DNA from: an uncultured Acidobacteriota bacterium
GTDB lineage: Bacteria > Acidobacteriota > Vicinamibacteria > Vicinamibacterales > 2-12-FULL-66-21
Length of the DNA stretch: 64,000 bases
Direction: 5' to 3'
NCBI GenBank assembly: GCA_963804795.1
Contig: CAWDRS010000012.1
Coordinates: 207,322-271,321, forward strand
The translations under genes were made by a program, and so were the position numbers. The notes under the pieces are model-generated. The model did not search any database, was not told where the DNA came from, and worked only from the letters and a program-made list of their open reading frames with translations. Below are positions 29,383 through 38,294 of this stretch, piece by piece. The first letter of the stretch is position 1. The number at the start of each line of letters is the position of its first letter.

Positions 29383-29431
29383 AAGTCGGCTGCCTCACCA
29401 GCTGAACTGATAGAATAGAGTGTTTTTCCCG

Positions 29432-29508
29432 GCGCCCGTAGCTCAGCAGGATAGAGCATCGGTTTCCTAAACCGGGGGTCGCAGGTTCGAGTCCTGCCGG
29501 GCGCGCCA
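29432..29508 (+). tRNA. tRNA-Arg (anticodon CCT), CCA encoded
   Basis: Acceptor GCGCCCG/CGGGCGC. D-arm GCTC..GAGC. Anticodon stem TCGGT/ACCGG with loop TTCCTAA. Variable loop GGGTC. T-arm GCAGG-TTCGAGT-CCTGC. Discriminator G plus CCA. Confidence 0.9.
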
Positions 29509-29514
29509 GCCTTC

Positions 29515-29627
29515 GCTCGCCTGCGATCGTGCGCGAGCTACGGCTGGCAAGCCAGTGCGCTCGCCTGCGATCGTGCGCGAGCTACGGCTGGCAAGCCAGT
29601 GCGCGGGCTACGGCTGGCAGGCCAACG
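29515..29627 (+). repeat. 44-bp tandem duplication (2 exact units plus a partial third)
   Basis: GCTCGCCTGCGATCGTGCGCGAGCTACGGCTGGCAAGCCAGTGC at 29515..29558 and 29559..29602, then GCGGGCTACGGCTGGCAGGCCA. Starts 7 nt after the tRNA. Confidence 0.8.
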
Positions 29628-29667
29628 AGGCTAGAACGCATCTCACAAATGCGGCGCGTGCGAGCAC

Positions 29668-29760
29668 GGCGAGCGAGCCACGCGAGCGGAGCGCGCCCGG
29701 CGACGCGGCGCGAGGGAGCGTGTAGGGGAGTCCGAGGGGCGAAGCCCCTCGGCTGAGACT
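29668..29760 (+). repeat. Family-A repeat, internally deleted copy A3
   Basis: Shares GAGCGAGCCACGCGAGCGG and ...GGGGAGTCCGAGGGGCGAAGCCCCTCGGNTGAGACTAG with A2. Lacks about 55 nt of the middle. Confidence 0.65.
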
Positions 29761-29780
29761 AGGCAGGCATTACCAGAATT

Positions 29781-30521
29781 ATGAAGAGCATCGAACGGCA
29801 CAAGCTGAAAGAGAACGACTTCGCGCGGACGGTCGCGCACGCTCGCGACGCGCTGGACGCCCGCAAACAAACCATCTCCATCGCCCTCGCGGCGTTCGTG
29901 GTGGTGCTGGCGGGGATCGGCGCCTACGTCTGGTGGCGACAGGCGCGGGATGCGGGCGCCAACGAGATGCTCGCGTCGGCCATCGCGGTGTACGAGGCGC
30001 CGGTCGTGCCGATTGCGGCCCCCGCGCCCGGCAGCCCCGCCCCGCTGCCACAGGCAGGGACCTATACGACGGAACAGGAAAAGCTCCAGGCCGCGCTGCC
30101 GAAGTTCCGTGAGGCGGCGGACCGCTATCCGAACTCGGCTCCGGGACTCGTCGCGAAGTTCCACCTCGCCGGCATCCTTGCGTCCCTTGGGCAATATCAG
30201 GAGGCGGAGCAGAAGTTCCAGGAAGTGGTCAGCAAGGGCAGCACCAGCATCTACGGCCGCACGGCCCGTCTCGGACTCGCGAACTCGCAGGTGGCGCAGG
30301 GCAAGTACGACAACGCGATTGCGATCTACACGGAGTTGAGCCGCGATACCAACTCGCAGATGCCGGTCGACGGCGTGCTCATGCAGCTCGGGCGCGCCTA
30401 CGTGCGCGCGGGCCGCAAGGAAGAAGCGGCGAGAACGTTCGACCGAATCGTCCAGGAGTTCCCGAAGTCGAGCTATCTCTCTGAGGCACAGCGCGAGCTG
30501 CAAGGCGTGCGGAAGTCCTGA
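29781..30521 (+). CDS. Membrane-anchored tetratricopeptide-repeat protein (YfgM/UPF0070-like)
   Basis: N-terminal TM ISIALAAFVVVLAGIGAYVWW, then TPR-like helices (AGILASLGQYQEAEQKFQEV, LANSQVAQGKYDNAIAIY, LGRAYVRAGRKEEAARTF). Confidence 0.7.
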   Translation: MKSIERHKLKENDFARTVAHARDALDARKQTISIALAAFVVVLAGIGAYVWWRQARDAGANEMLASAIAVYEAPVVPIAAPAPGSPAPLPQAGTYTTEQEKLQAALPKFREAADRYPNSAPGLVAKFHLAGILASLGQYQEAEQKFQEVVSKGSTSIYGRTARLGLANSQVAQGKYDNAIAIYTELSRDTNSQMPVDGVLMQLGRAYVRAGRKEEAARTFDRIVQEFPKSSYLSEAQRELQGVRKS

Positions 30522-30531
30522 CGGACTCCCG

Positions 30532-31875
30532 CTAAACGGCGTCCGACGCGCTCGAGAACGTGAACTCCCGGATGCGCGCCGCCGGGCAGACGACGGCCAG
30601 ACCGGCCCCGCCGATCCCCTCGCCGCTCACGACGCGCTCTGAGGGCGTCATCGCCTCGATGTTGTTGAACGCGACGACCGGCGTTTCGTTCCACCGCATG
30701 TTCTTCAGCGGACGCGTGACTTTCCCCTTCTCGATCAGGAAGAGCCCATCGCGTGTGAGCCCCGTGACCAGAATCGTCTGAGGGTCCAGCGAACGGATGT
30801 ACCAGAAGCGCGTCACGAGGACACCCCGCTCCGTCCCGGCGATCAGGTCGTCGCGCGTCGCCGTTCCGCCCTCCATGATCAGGTTCGACGGCCCGGCCGT
30901 CGGTTCCTTCCCCGTTTTCTCGGCCCAGTACCGCGAGTAGAAGAGATCCTTCAGCACACCTTTTTCCAGCCACACGTGGCGCGACAGCGGAAGGCCTTCG
31001 TTGTCGAAGCTCACTGTCGGCGCGAGCGGATGTGCGGGATCGGACAGGATCTGCACCTTGTCGCCGCAGATCTGCTCGCCGACGCGGTTGCCGCCGCCTT
31101 TCTTCGAGAAGAAGCTCCGTCCCTCGTCTGCCTGCCGGGCATCCGCTGAGAAGAGCATGAACGCCAACAGGTCGGCAACGGCAGCCGGCTCCAGCACGAC
31201 CGTGTACTTGCCCGGCTCGATGCCGACCGGCCCCTTCGACAGCGCTGCCTTCTCGATGGCGGTTCCCGCCAGTGCCGCGGGATCCAGCTTCTTCAGCTCG
31301 TTGAAGGACCGGGATGCCCACCCGGACCCGGTGCCATCAGGGGTGCGCGCGGTCAAGTTGTAGTCGGCCGCTGTGTACTTGTCGTACGCGAAGAGTCCCT
31401 TCGAGTTGGCGATCGCCTGGATCGACGCCTGGGTCTCGACGAATCCGGCCGAAACCACATCACGTTTCTTGCTCAACTCGATGGCCGTCTGGACCGAAGC
31501 CGCGCGCCATTCAGGCGTCGCATTCGCGGCGTCGTCGAAAAACGCAGAGACGGGGGTGTAGGTCTGCGGAGCCACGGGCGGCATGGCTTCCGGATTCTCC
31601 GGCGACAGCCGCGCGATCTCCTCCGCACTCCGTATTGCGCGCTGGAGCGCGGCGTCGTCGAATTCGGCCGTCGTCACGGTGCCGCTACGCTTGCCGAAGC
31701 TCGCGGCGATGGCAAGGCTGTAGCCGGAGCTCGCGCCGGACGTCGTGGCAGTGTTCCGGGCGAACCGCAGGTTCGCGCGGTCGCCGCCGGTCAGCGTGAC
31801 GGTGGTCGCTTCGGCCTTGCTGATCGACAGCGCCCGATCGGTGAGCGCCTTGGCCTGTTCTCGTGTCCAGATCAT
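30532..31875 (-). CDS. TldD/PmbA-family (peptidase U62) protein, PmbA-like, no signal peptide
   Basis: 447 aa. Family-typical C-terminal region GTERGVLVTRFWYIR...GLTRDGLFLIEKGKV. Adjacent to the TldD-like paralog. Confidence 0.8.
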   Translation of the reverse strand: MIWTREQAKALTDRALSISKAEATTVTLTGGDRANLRFARNTATTSGASSGYSLAIAASFGKRSGTVTTAEFDDAALQRAIRSAEEIARLSPENPEAMPPVAPQTYTPVSAFFDDAANATPEWRAASVQTAIELSKKRDVVSAGFVETQASIQAIANSKGLFAYDKYTAADYNLTARTPDGTGSGWASRSFNELKKLDPAALAGTAIEKAALSKGPVGIEPGKYTVVLEPAAVADLLAFMLFSADARQADEGRSFFSKKGGGNRVGEQICGDKVQILSDPAHPLAPTVSFDNEGLPLSRHVWLEKGVLKDLFYSRYWAEKTGKEPTAGPSNLIMEGGTATRDDLIAGTERGVLVTRFWYIRSLDPQTILVTGLTRDGLFLIEKGKVTRPLKNMRWNETPVVAFNNIEAMTPSERVVSGEGIGGAGLAVVCPAARIREFTFSSASDAV

Positions 31876-31955
31876 TGCCGTATCCCTCGAATGCCATCAG
31901 CGGTGCCCGCGTACCGAACCAGCACGTCGACTCCAGCGGGCGATATCCCCGCGCG

Positions 31956-33506
31956 TCAGCGCGAGGTATTCAAAATGTTGACGCGCGCAAAACGGGTCAC
32001 CGGACATCCGTGGCTCACCGAGTTGCTCTGCGTCGGCTGACCTTTGCCGTCGCTGAAGGCGCCGCCCAGCAGATATGTCGACTTCCCACCCAACATGTCG
32101 CACGACTTCCAGAACTCCGGCGTGTTCGATTGATACGCGACATCGCGCAGCTGGGTCGTGATCTTGCCGTTCTTGACCTCCCAGAACGTCTGGCCGCTGA
32201 ACTGGAAGTTGTACCGCTGGTGATCGATGCTGTAGCTCCCGTCGCCCTTCACGTAGATGCCATCGTCGGTCGCGCCGATGATGTCCTGCTCGCTGAGGTC
32301 CTTGTCGCCCGGCTCGAGCGACACGTTCGGCATGCGCTGGAAGGGGACCGATGCCCAGTTGTCGGCGTAGCTGCACCCGTGAGACGTCTTCTGGCCGATG
32401 AGATGCGCCTGGTCGCGCGTCGTCTGGTAGTCGACGAACACGCCCTCTTTGATGAGCGGCCAGCGCGTCGTCTTTACTCCATCGTCGTCGTATCCGCACG
32501 TCGCCATTGCGTGCTCTTGCGTCTTGTCCGCGACGATGTTGACCATCTTCGACCCGAACTCGAACTTTCCCAGTTTGTCGGTCGTGAGGAAGCTGGTGCC
32601 GGCGAAGTTCGCCTCGTACCCGAGCGCGCGATCGAGCTCGGTCGGATGGCCCACCGACTCGTGAATCGTCAGCCAGAGGTTCGTCGGATGCAGGATCAAC
32701 GTCTTCTGTCCCGCCTGGACCGTCTTGGCCTTGTGCATCGCCACGGCCTCTTCGGCCGCCACTCGCGCTTCCTTCAAGAGCGGATAGGAGTCGACGTATT
32801 CGTAGCCCATGCCCATCGGTGAGGTCAGAGCGTTGCGCGAGTAGAACTTCCCCGTGGCTCGATCCACTGCCGTCACCGAAAAGGACGGGTAGGATCGCAC
32901 CAGAGACTGCTCGATGTGCGAACCCTCGCTCGACGCGAAGTACTTGTGCTCGTTGACGAACTGCATGAAGGCCGACACGAAGCTCGCGCCGGGGACCTTC
33001 AGCGCCTCCTCATGGATCTGGAGCAGGAGATCGAGCTTGGGTTGAAGCGGCAGCTCGAACGGGTTCTTCGTGACGGGCGTGTTCCACGTGGCGTCGTAGG
33101 CCTCGACCGGCGCCAGCCGGACCGGCTCGACGTTGATCGCCTTGTTGGCTTTCGCGATCGTGACGGCCTGGGCGGCGACCCGGGCGATCTCCTCCTTCGT
33201 CACGCTGCTGCTGCTCGCAAATCCCCAGGTCCCCTCGGCAATCACCCTGACCCCGAATCCGTAATCCTCGGTGTTGACGATGTTCTGCACGCGGCGGTCG
33301 CGGGTGAAGATGAATTGGTTGCGATACCGGTTGATGCGGATATCCGCGTACGTGGCACCCGCCCGTTTCGCGGCGGCGAGCGCGGCATCGGCGAGATCGC
33401 GCATCTCGTCAGCGGGCGGATATGCCAGGAGGATATTGGACGGACGTGCGCCTGTTGCTGCACCCAGCACCAGCATCGACTGCACGAATCGACGGCGATC
33501 GATCAT
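31956..33506 (-). CDS. TldD/PmbA-family protein, TldD-like, with twin-arginine signal
   Basis: ATG 33506 gives MIDRRRFVQSMLVLGAATGARP (Tat motif RRRF). HESVGHPTELDR metal-site motif. GDGSYSIDHQRYNFQF. Confidence 0.8.
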   Translation of the reverse strand: MIDRRRFVQSMLVLGAATGARPSNILLAYPPADEMRDLADAALAAAKRAGATYADIRINRYRNQFIFTRDRRVQNIVNTEDYGFGVRVIAEGTWGFASSSSVTKEEIARVAAQAVTIAKANKAINVEPVRLAPVEAYDATWNTPVTKNPFELPLQPKLDLLLQIHEEALKVPGASFVSAFMQFVNEHKYFASSEGSHIEQSLVRSYPSFSVTAVDRATGKFYSRNALTSPMGMGYEYVDSYPLLKEARVAAEEAVAMHKAKTVQAGQKTLILHPTNLWLTIHESVGHPTELDRALGYEANFAGTSFLTTDKLGKFEFGSKMVNIVADKTQEHAMATCGYDDDGVKTTRWPLIKEGVFVDYQTTRDQAHLIGQKTSHGCSYADNWASVPFQRMPNVSLEPGDKDLSEQDIIGATDDGIYVKGDGSYSIDHQRYNFQFSGQTFWEVKNGKITTQLRDVAYQSNTPEFWKSCDMLGGKSTYLLGGAFSDGKGQPTQSNSVSHGCPVTRFARVNILNTSR

Positions 33507-33708
33507 GGGAACCTCAGACACGAGCGACGCCGGGCGCCCGCGAGCCAACATTCGGGAGGAGTCAGTGTTCCGGCGTGAGGACTACAGCCTACCTCAGACG
33601 GCAGGCGGCCGGAATCGATCGGCGATGGAATGGTTCGCGGGCGTGACGAATGCCAAGAGCTGCGGGATCAACGGAACAGCGGCCCCGGCAGCGGTCGGGG
33701 CCCGGCCG

Positions 33709-34134
33709 CTACGCGGTGAGCGTGTGTGTGTCCTCGTTGACCCTCGGAGCGGGCGGCGCTACGCGCTCGGGCTCGACGAGCATCCGCAGCGCATACTCGC
33801 TGGGGGCGCCTGTTGCCTGACGGCAGGGCCCCACCCGGAAGATGGCCGACAGCACACTCGACTTACGCAGCGCGCTCGGCAGGTCGAGTCGCGTGCGCGC
33901 CTCGCGGTCCACCTGGAAATAGACAAGACGGAAGAGCGGAATTGGCATGCCTCCCAGGCAGTCGACGCTGACGCCGTTGTCGCTGACGTCGCGTGTGACC
34001 ACGGCCGCCATCCGGGTCGTGCCCTTGGCGTCCTTCCATACAATCTGCCCGGGCACCGCAATGCGGCGCCTATCGGCAGCGCGCTTTTCGCTGCGGGGTT
34101 GACCACCCTGGACAAGGCGAAGTCGCTGTTCCAT
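33709..34134 (-). CDS. PilZ-domain (c-di-GMP-binding) protein
   Basis: ATG 34134 preceded by GGAGG. RxxxR in KRAADRRRI and DxSxxG in RDVSDNGVSV with the canonical spacing. Confidence 0.65.
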   Translation of the reverse strand: MEQRLRLVQGGQPRSEKRAADRRRIAVPGQIVWKDAKGTTRMAAVVTRDVSDNGVSVDCLGGMPIPLFRLVYFQVDREARTRLDLPSALRKSSVLSAIFRVGPCRQATGAPSEYALRMLVEPERVAPPAPRVNEDTHTLTA

Positions 34135-34385
34135 CTGTCTTGGACCTCCGACGTTGCGTTTCGCGCCTCTATATATCAAGTCGCACGCCCGCTGGGAACG
34201 GAGGACCCAGCAAAAACTTTGATCGAGTTGAACACTACTGTAATCAGCAGCTTACAAGAATCTGACGATTCTGGTATATCCGCGTCATGGTGTATATGCA
34301 GTATACAAACAGGGCAACTGCTGTATACCCGGTATCCTAATCAACCGCACACTCGATTCGCGGTCTTCTGAGCGCACGAGTCGAG

Positions 34386-37332
34386 TTATAGAAACGACGC
34401 AGAAACGCCCAGCCGCTCCATCTTCAGGTACAACCCACGGCGGGTGAGCCCGAGCGTACGTGCGGTCTCGGAGATGTTGCCGGATGACCGCTCGAGGGCG
34501 CTCTCGATCATCTCGCGCTCCAGCTTCTCGACGGCGGCCGACAGGGTCGTGCGCGCCTGACGGCCCTTGAGCGGTGTATCTACGCGATCCAACGCCACGC
34601 CGAAGACGGGCGAGAGCAGTTCGGGGGTAATGAGGCCTTCCGAGGGTGCCATTGCGACCGCGCGCTGCACCTCGTTTCGAAGCTGCCTGACGTTGCCGGG
34701 CCACGCGAATCCGTCGAACAGGTCGAGCGTTTCCGGGCTGAGGCGCACGCCCGGCTTTCCCATGCGTTCCGAGGCTTCGCGCAGGAAATACGTACTGAGG
34801 TGAGGAATCTCTTCGCGGCGCTCTCTGAGGGGAGGCACGTGGATCCGGATCACGCTGAGTCGATAGAACAGATCCTCACGGAATTTCCCGTCCGCGACGC
34901 GATGCTCGAGATCGGCATTCGTCGCCGCGACCACGCGAACGTCGACTCGCTGGGGTCTCGTGTCGCCGACGGGGAGAACCTCTCCCTGCTCGAGAAAGCG
35001 CAGCAGTTTCGGCTGCACGTCGAGCGGGAGGTCGCCGACTTCGTCCAGGAAGAGCGTTCCGCCGACCGCGGTCCGCAGTACACCAGGCTGATCGGCCACG
35101 GCCCCCGTGAAGCTCCCGCGACGATGACCGAACAGCTGGCTGTCGGCCAGCTCACGGGTGGCGCTCGTGCAGTTGTAGGGGAGGAACATGTTCGCCTGGC
35201 GGGGCGAGCCTGCGTGAATCGCGCGCGCCACGAGGTCCTTACCCGTCCCGCTTTCACCGGTGATCAGGACCGTCAGGTCGTTGCCCTGCAGGCGCTGGAT
35301 TTGATCCGTGACGCGGTGCATCGCTGCGCTGGCGCACACGAAGCCTGGCAGAAGCGGCTCGAGCTGGCTGTCTGCCGGGCTGCCCGAGACTTCGACGGGG
35401 CGCTCTCGCGCACTACACAGCTCGAACCCCTGGCGAAGGACAGCGGCGAGCGTCCGCATCCGCCGGCGCGCCCCCGGTCCAAGCGCGCGTGTCACTCGAC
35501 ACCACCGCGAACCGCGGACCATCGGCATCACGGCCGAGCGCCTCGATTGCCAACGTCGGGACAGTCCGGCCCGTCGGCCGTGCGGCAGCGCTCACCAGGC
35601 TTCGTGCCGTCTCGCTGTCACACCCGGCTGACGTCACCACGCGCGGCTGACCAGAGCCGGGCCGGACAAAGATGACGGCTGCCTCAGCGCGGCACGCCTC
35701 GATCAAAGCCGTCGCCGCCTCGCGAGCCAAGAGCGCGGGCAGCACGGCCGCATCCACCAGCCGGCGGACAATGGCGTCGTCGCCCCCCATTGTCGACTCG
35801 ACGGCGTCGGCGGCCTCGGATTCGACCGAGGCGCCTGGCTCCGCTGGCCGGGCCACGGGCAAACTGGCAAGCGCCGCCTGTACTTCGGTGAGATCCGGTC
35901 CGGCGCCGAGCGACTCGAAGATCGCCGCCGCATCCTTCAGATAGGCCGCCGCTCTGGATCTGGCGCCGGCGGACGTGGACAACCTACCCAACTCCAGGTA
36001 GCTCAGGCCCGCCTGGTGCCTTTCGCCGAGCAGATCGAACACGCTGACGCTCTGACCGAAGTCATGATAGGCCTCGGTTGCGCGGCCGGCCGCGGCGTGC
36101 AGCCGACCGCGGAGCCGGAGGAACTCGCCCCAGCTGCCGCCCATGGACCCCGGCTGGATCCGATCGGCAATCGCGTCGAGATGCTCTTGTGCGCTCTCGA
36201 TCAAACCGGATGCGAGCAACGCTTCGACGACAATGAGCTCCGCCTGGAGTACATAGGCGGGAGGCGCTTCGGGGGCACGCGCTATTCCCGAGGCGAGGGA
36301 CACAGCGGGACCATGTTCGCCCCTTCGCAGTGCCAGCCGCGCGCCCAGAACGTGCAGCGACCACTGATACCAGCGCGTGCCCGGCATCTCGTCCTCGCCG
36401 TAGGCTTCGCGAGCCTTCTGAAGATGCCGGTTGGCCGCGTCGTACTCCCCGCGGATCAGATGAATCTCCGCGAGCGTGTCGAAGACCCCGCCCGTCGTCT
36501 CTCGCATGAACTGCTGGGGACTGCGGACATCGAGTGCCCGATTCAACGCCTCCTCGGCGCGCTTCAAATTGCCGAGACGCACGCAGATCTGCCCGAGCGA
36601 TGCGAGGGCAACGCCGAGGCCGTGCGGCGTTCCGGACTCCTCCTGCAGCTCGACGCTGCGCTCGGCGAGCGTCAGCGCCTGATCGTGCCGGTGCTGCATC
36701 AGCGCGACGTTGGCCTGATTGCCGCACACAGTGGCGAGCACGTCGCCGGCATCCACGACAAGGGCGAGGCGCTCGGCGTGGCGCAAGGCGGCCATCGCCT
36801 CGTCCAGTCGTCCTTCCTGCGCGAGCGTGATGCCGGAAAGCGAATGCACCATCGCGAGGTGTCGCTTGTCACCAGCCGCATGGAGGGCGGAGGCGGCCTG
36901 GGTGATGTGTTCGCGGACAATCGCGGTATCACCGACCTGGCGGTAGCACAGCCCCAGCTCGTAGTGTGCGAGCCCGATCGCCAGCGAGTCGTGCGCGCGC
37001 TCGGCCTGGCTCACGGCCTTGGTGAGAAAGGCGATCCCTCGGGAAGGCTCGCCGCGGGCGGCAGCGAGCCGCCCGTGCATACGCCAGAGATGAGAAAGAT
37101 GTGCCGGATCGAGGCGTTCGTGCGCCTCCGGCGGCGGTCCGAGCGCGTCGGTCGCCTGCCGCACGTCGTCCTGAAGCAGCCAGGCCTCGGCGAGCGAGCA
37201 GCGGGTCTGGATTTGGTCTCCCCGCGGCAGTCCGGGCCGCTTCAGGAGCTTGACGAGCAGGGCGGCCGCCTCGGCTCCCTGGCCCCGATCGAGTGCAGTT
37301 TGGGCTTGCGAGAAGAGGTCCGACGGGGACAC
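34386..37332 (-). pseudogene. TPR-GAF-AAA+ sigma54-dependent transcriptional activator, split by a +1 frameshift
   Basis: ORF 35413..37452 (TPR array plus GAF-like ...LAIEALGRDADGPRFAVVSSDTRA) and ORF 34386..35531 (LGPGARRRMRTLAAVLRQGFEL..., Walker A GESGTGKD, GSFTGA loop, Fis HTH NISETARTLGLTRRGLYLKM) join across the GCGCGCG run at 35483..35489. Likely start GTG 37332. Restored length ~981 aa. Confidence 0.8.
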
Positions 37333-37405
37333 GGGCCGTAGTATACCTCGTATACAGGCGTTATCTGCTAATGTCCCGGTTTCAAAATCGCAGATCCGAC
37401 CTGGG

Positions 37406-38294
37406 CTACGGGTGGAATCGATATCCCAGAATCTTGTACACCAGCTTCGCACAGAGGAAATTCGGCGCCATCAGGCCGGGCAGTGGGCTCAGCTCCACGA
37501 TATCGCAGCCCACGACGGACTTCTTGGCGATCACTTTCCGCAGCAGGGCGAGCATCTCGTACCACGACAGTCCGCCGGGCTCCGGCGTCCCGGTCGCCGG
37601 CATGATCGCCGGATCCATCCCGTCGACGTCGATCGTCAGATAGACGTTGCCGCTGAGGCTCTCGACAACGTCGATCCATCCAGTACGGATCGGCCCTCAT
37701 GCTGTGGTCGTAGAACATCGTCGTCCGGAGCGACGTGACGACCTCGGCTTCCTCGGTCGACATGCTCCTGATACCCACCTGGGTAATCGGGGCGTACTCG
37801 AGGCTTCGCCGCATCGCGCAAGCGTGGTTGTGGGGTGTGCCCATGTAGCAGTCGCGAAGGTCGGCGTGTGCGTCGATCTGCAGGACCGACAATCCCGGGT
37901 GTCGCGCCGCCGCGGCGGCCACGAGCGGCGGTGTGATCGAGTGCTCGCCGCCGAGCGTCACGAGGAACTTGCCGCGCGCCAGGATCTCGGCTGCTACCCG
38001 GCGGATTTCGTCCATCAGCGGAGCGAGCTCGCCGAAGGGCAGTTCCATCTCGGGCAGCGTGAAGATACCGATTGGGTGGATGTCGGCGCCGATTTCCTCG
38101 TCCCAGAGCTCCATGTGCGACGACGCCTGCAGAATCTCACGCGGTCCGTTGCGGGTCCCGGGAACGTAGGACGTCGTCCGGTCGAGCGGAACGGGAAGGA
38201 CGACGGCCCGGGATTCCTCGAACGATCGGGTGACTGGCAGCGCGCCGCCGAACATGAGTGGCGCGCCGTGGTCGTACTCGAATGGAAAACTCAT
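37406..38294 (-). pseudogene. speB: Agmatinase/ureohydrolase-family protein with a +1 frameshift
   Basis: N-terminal part in ORF 37368..38294 (LGGEHSITPPLV, LQIDAHADLRD). C-terminal part DVVESLSGNVYLTIDVDGMDPAIMPATGTPEPGGLSWYE...GCDIVELSP is in the frame of ORF 37406..37618. Extra base at ~37673. Restored length ~295 aa. Confidence 0.8.

Noticed and set aside
29515-29627. Possible CRISPR array (44-bp direct repeats) after the tRNA.
   Set aside because: The units are directly adjacent with no spacers, there are only about 2.5 copies, and there are no cas genes in the window. It is a tandem duplication.
29432-29780. Genomic island or prophage integrated at tRNA-Arg.
   Set aside because: No integrase, no direct repeat of the tRNA 3' end, and the downstream genes (TPR protein, TldD/PmbA) look native in composition.
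34135-34385. Canonical sigma54 promoter (TGGCAC-N5-TTGC) upstream of the PilZ gene.
   Set aside because: Candidates either have the wrong GG-to-GC spacing (GGGTATACAGCAGTTGC, TGGTGTATATGC) or lack the -12 C (GGCGTGCGACTTGA). Only the latter is kept, as a weak note in a finding.
37333-37452. Upstream extension of the sigma54 activator to GTG 37452, overlapping the speB 3' end.
   Set aside because: The first 40 residues (MRSWCTRFWDIDSTRSPGRICDFETG...) are not protein-like and would overlap speB by 47 nt. GTG 37332 fits better, though this is not proven.
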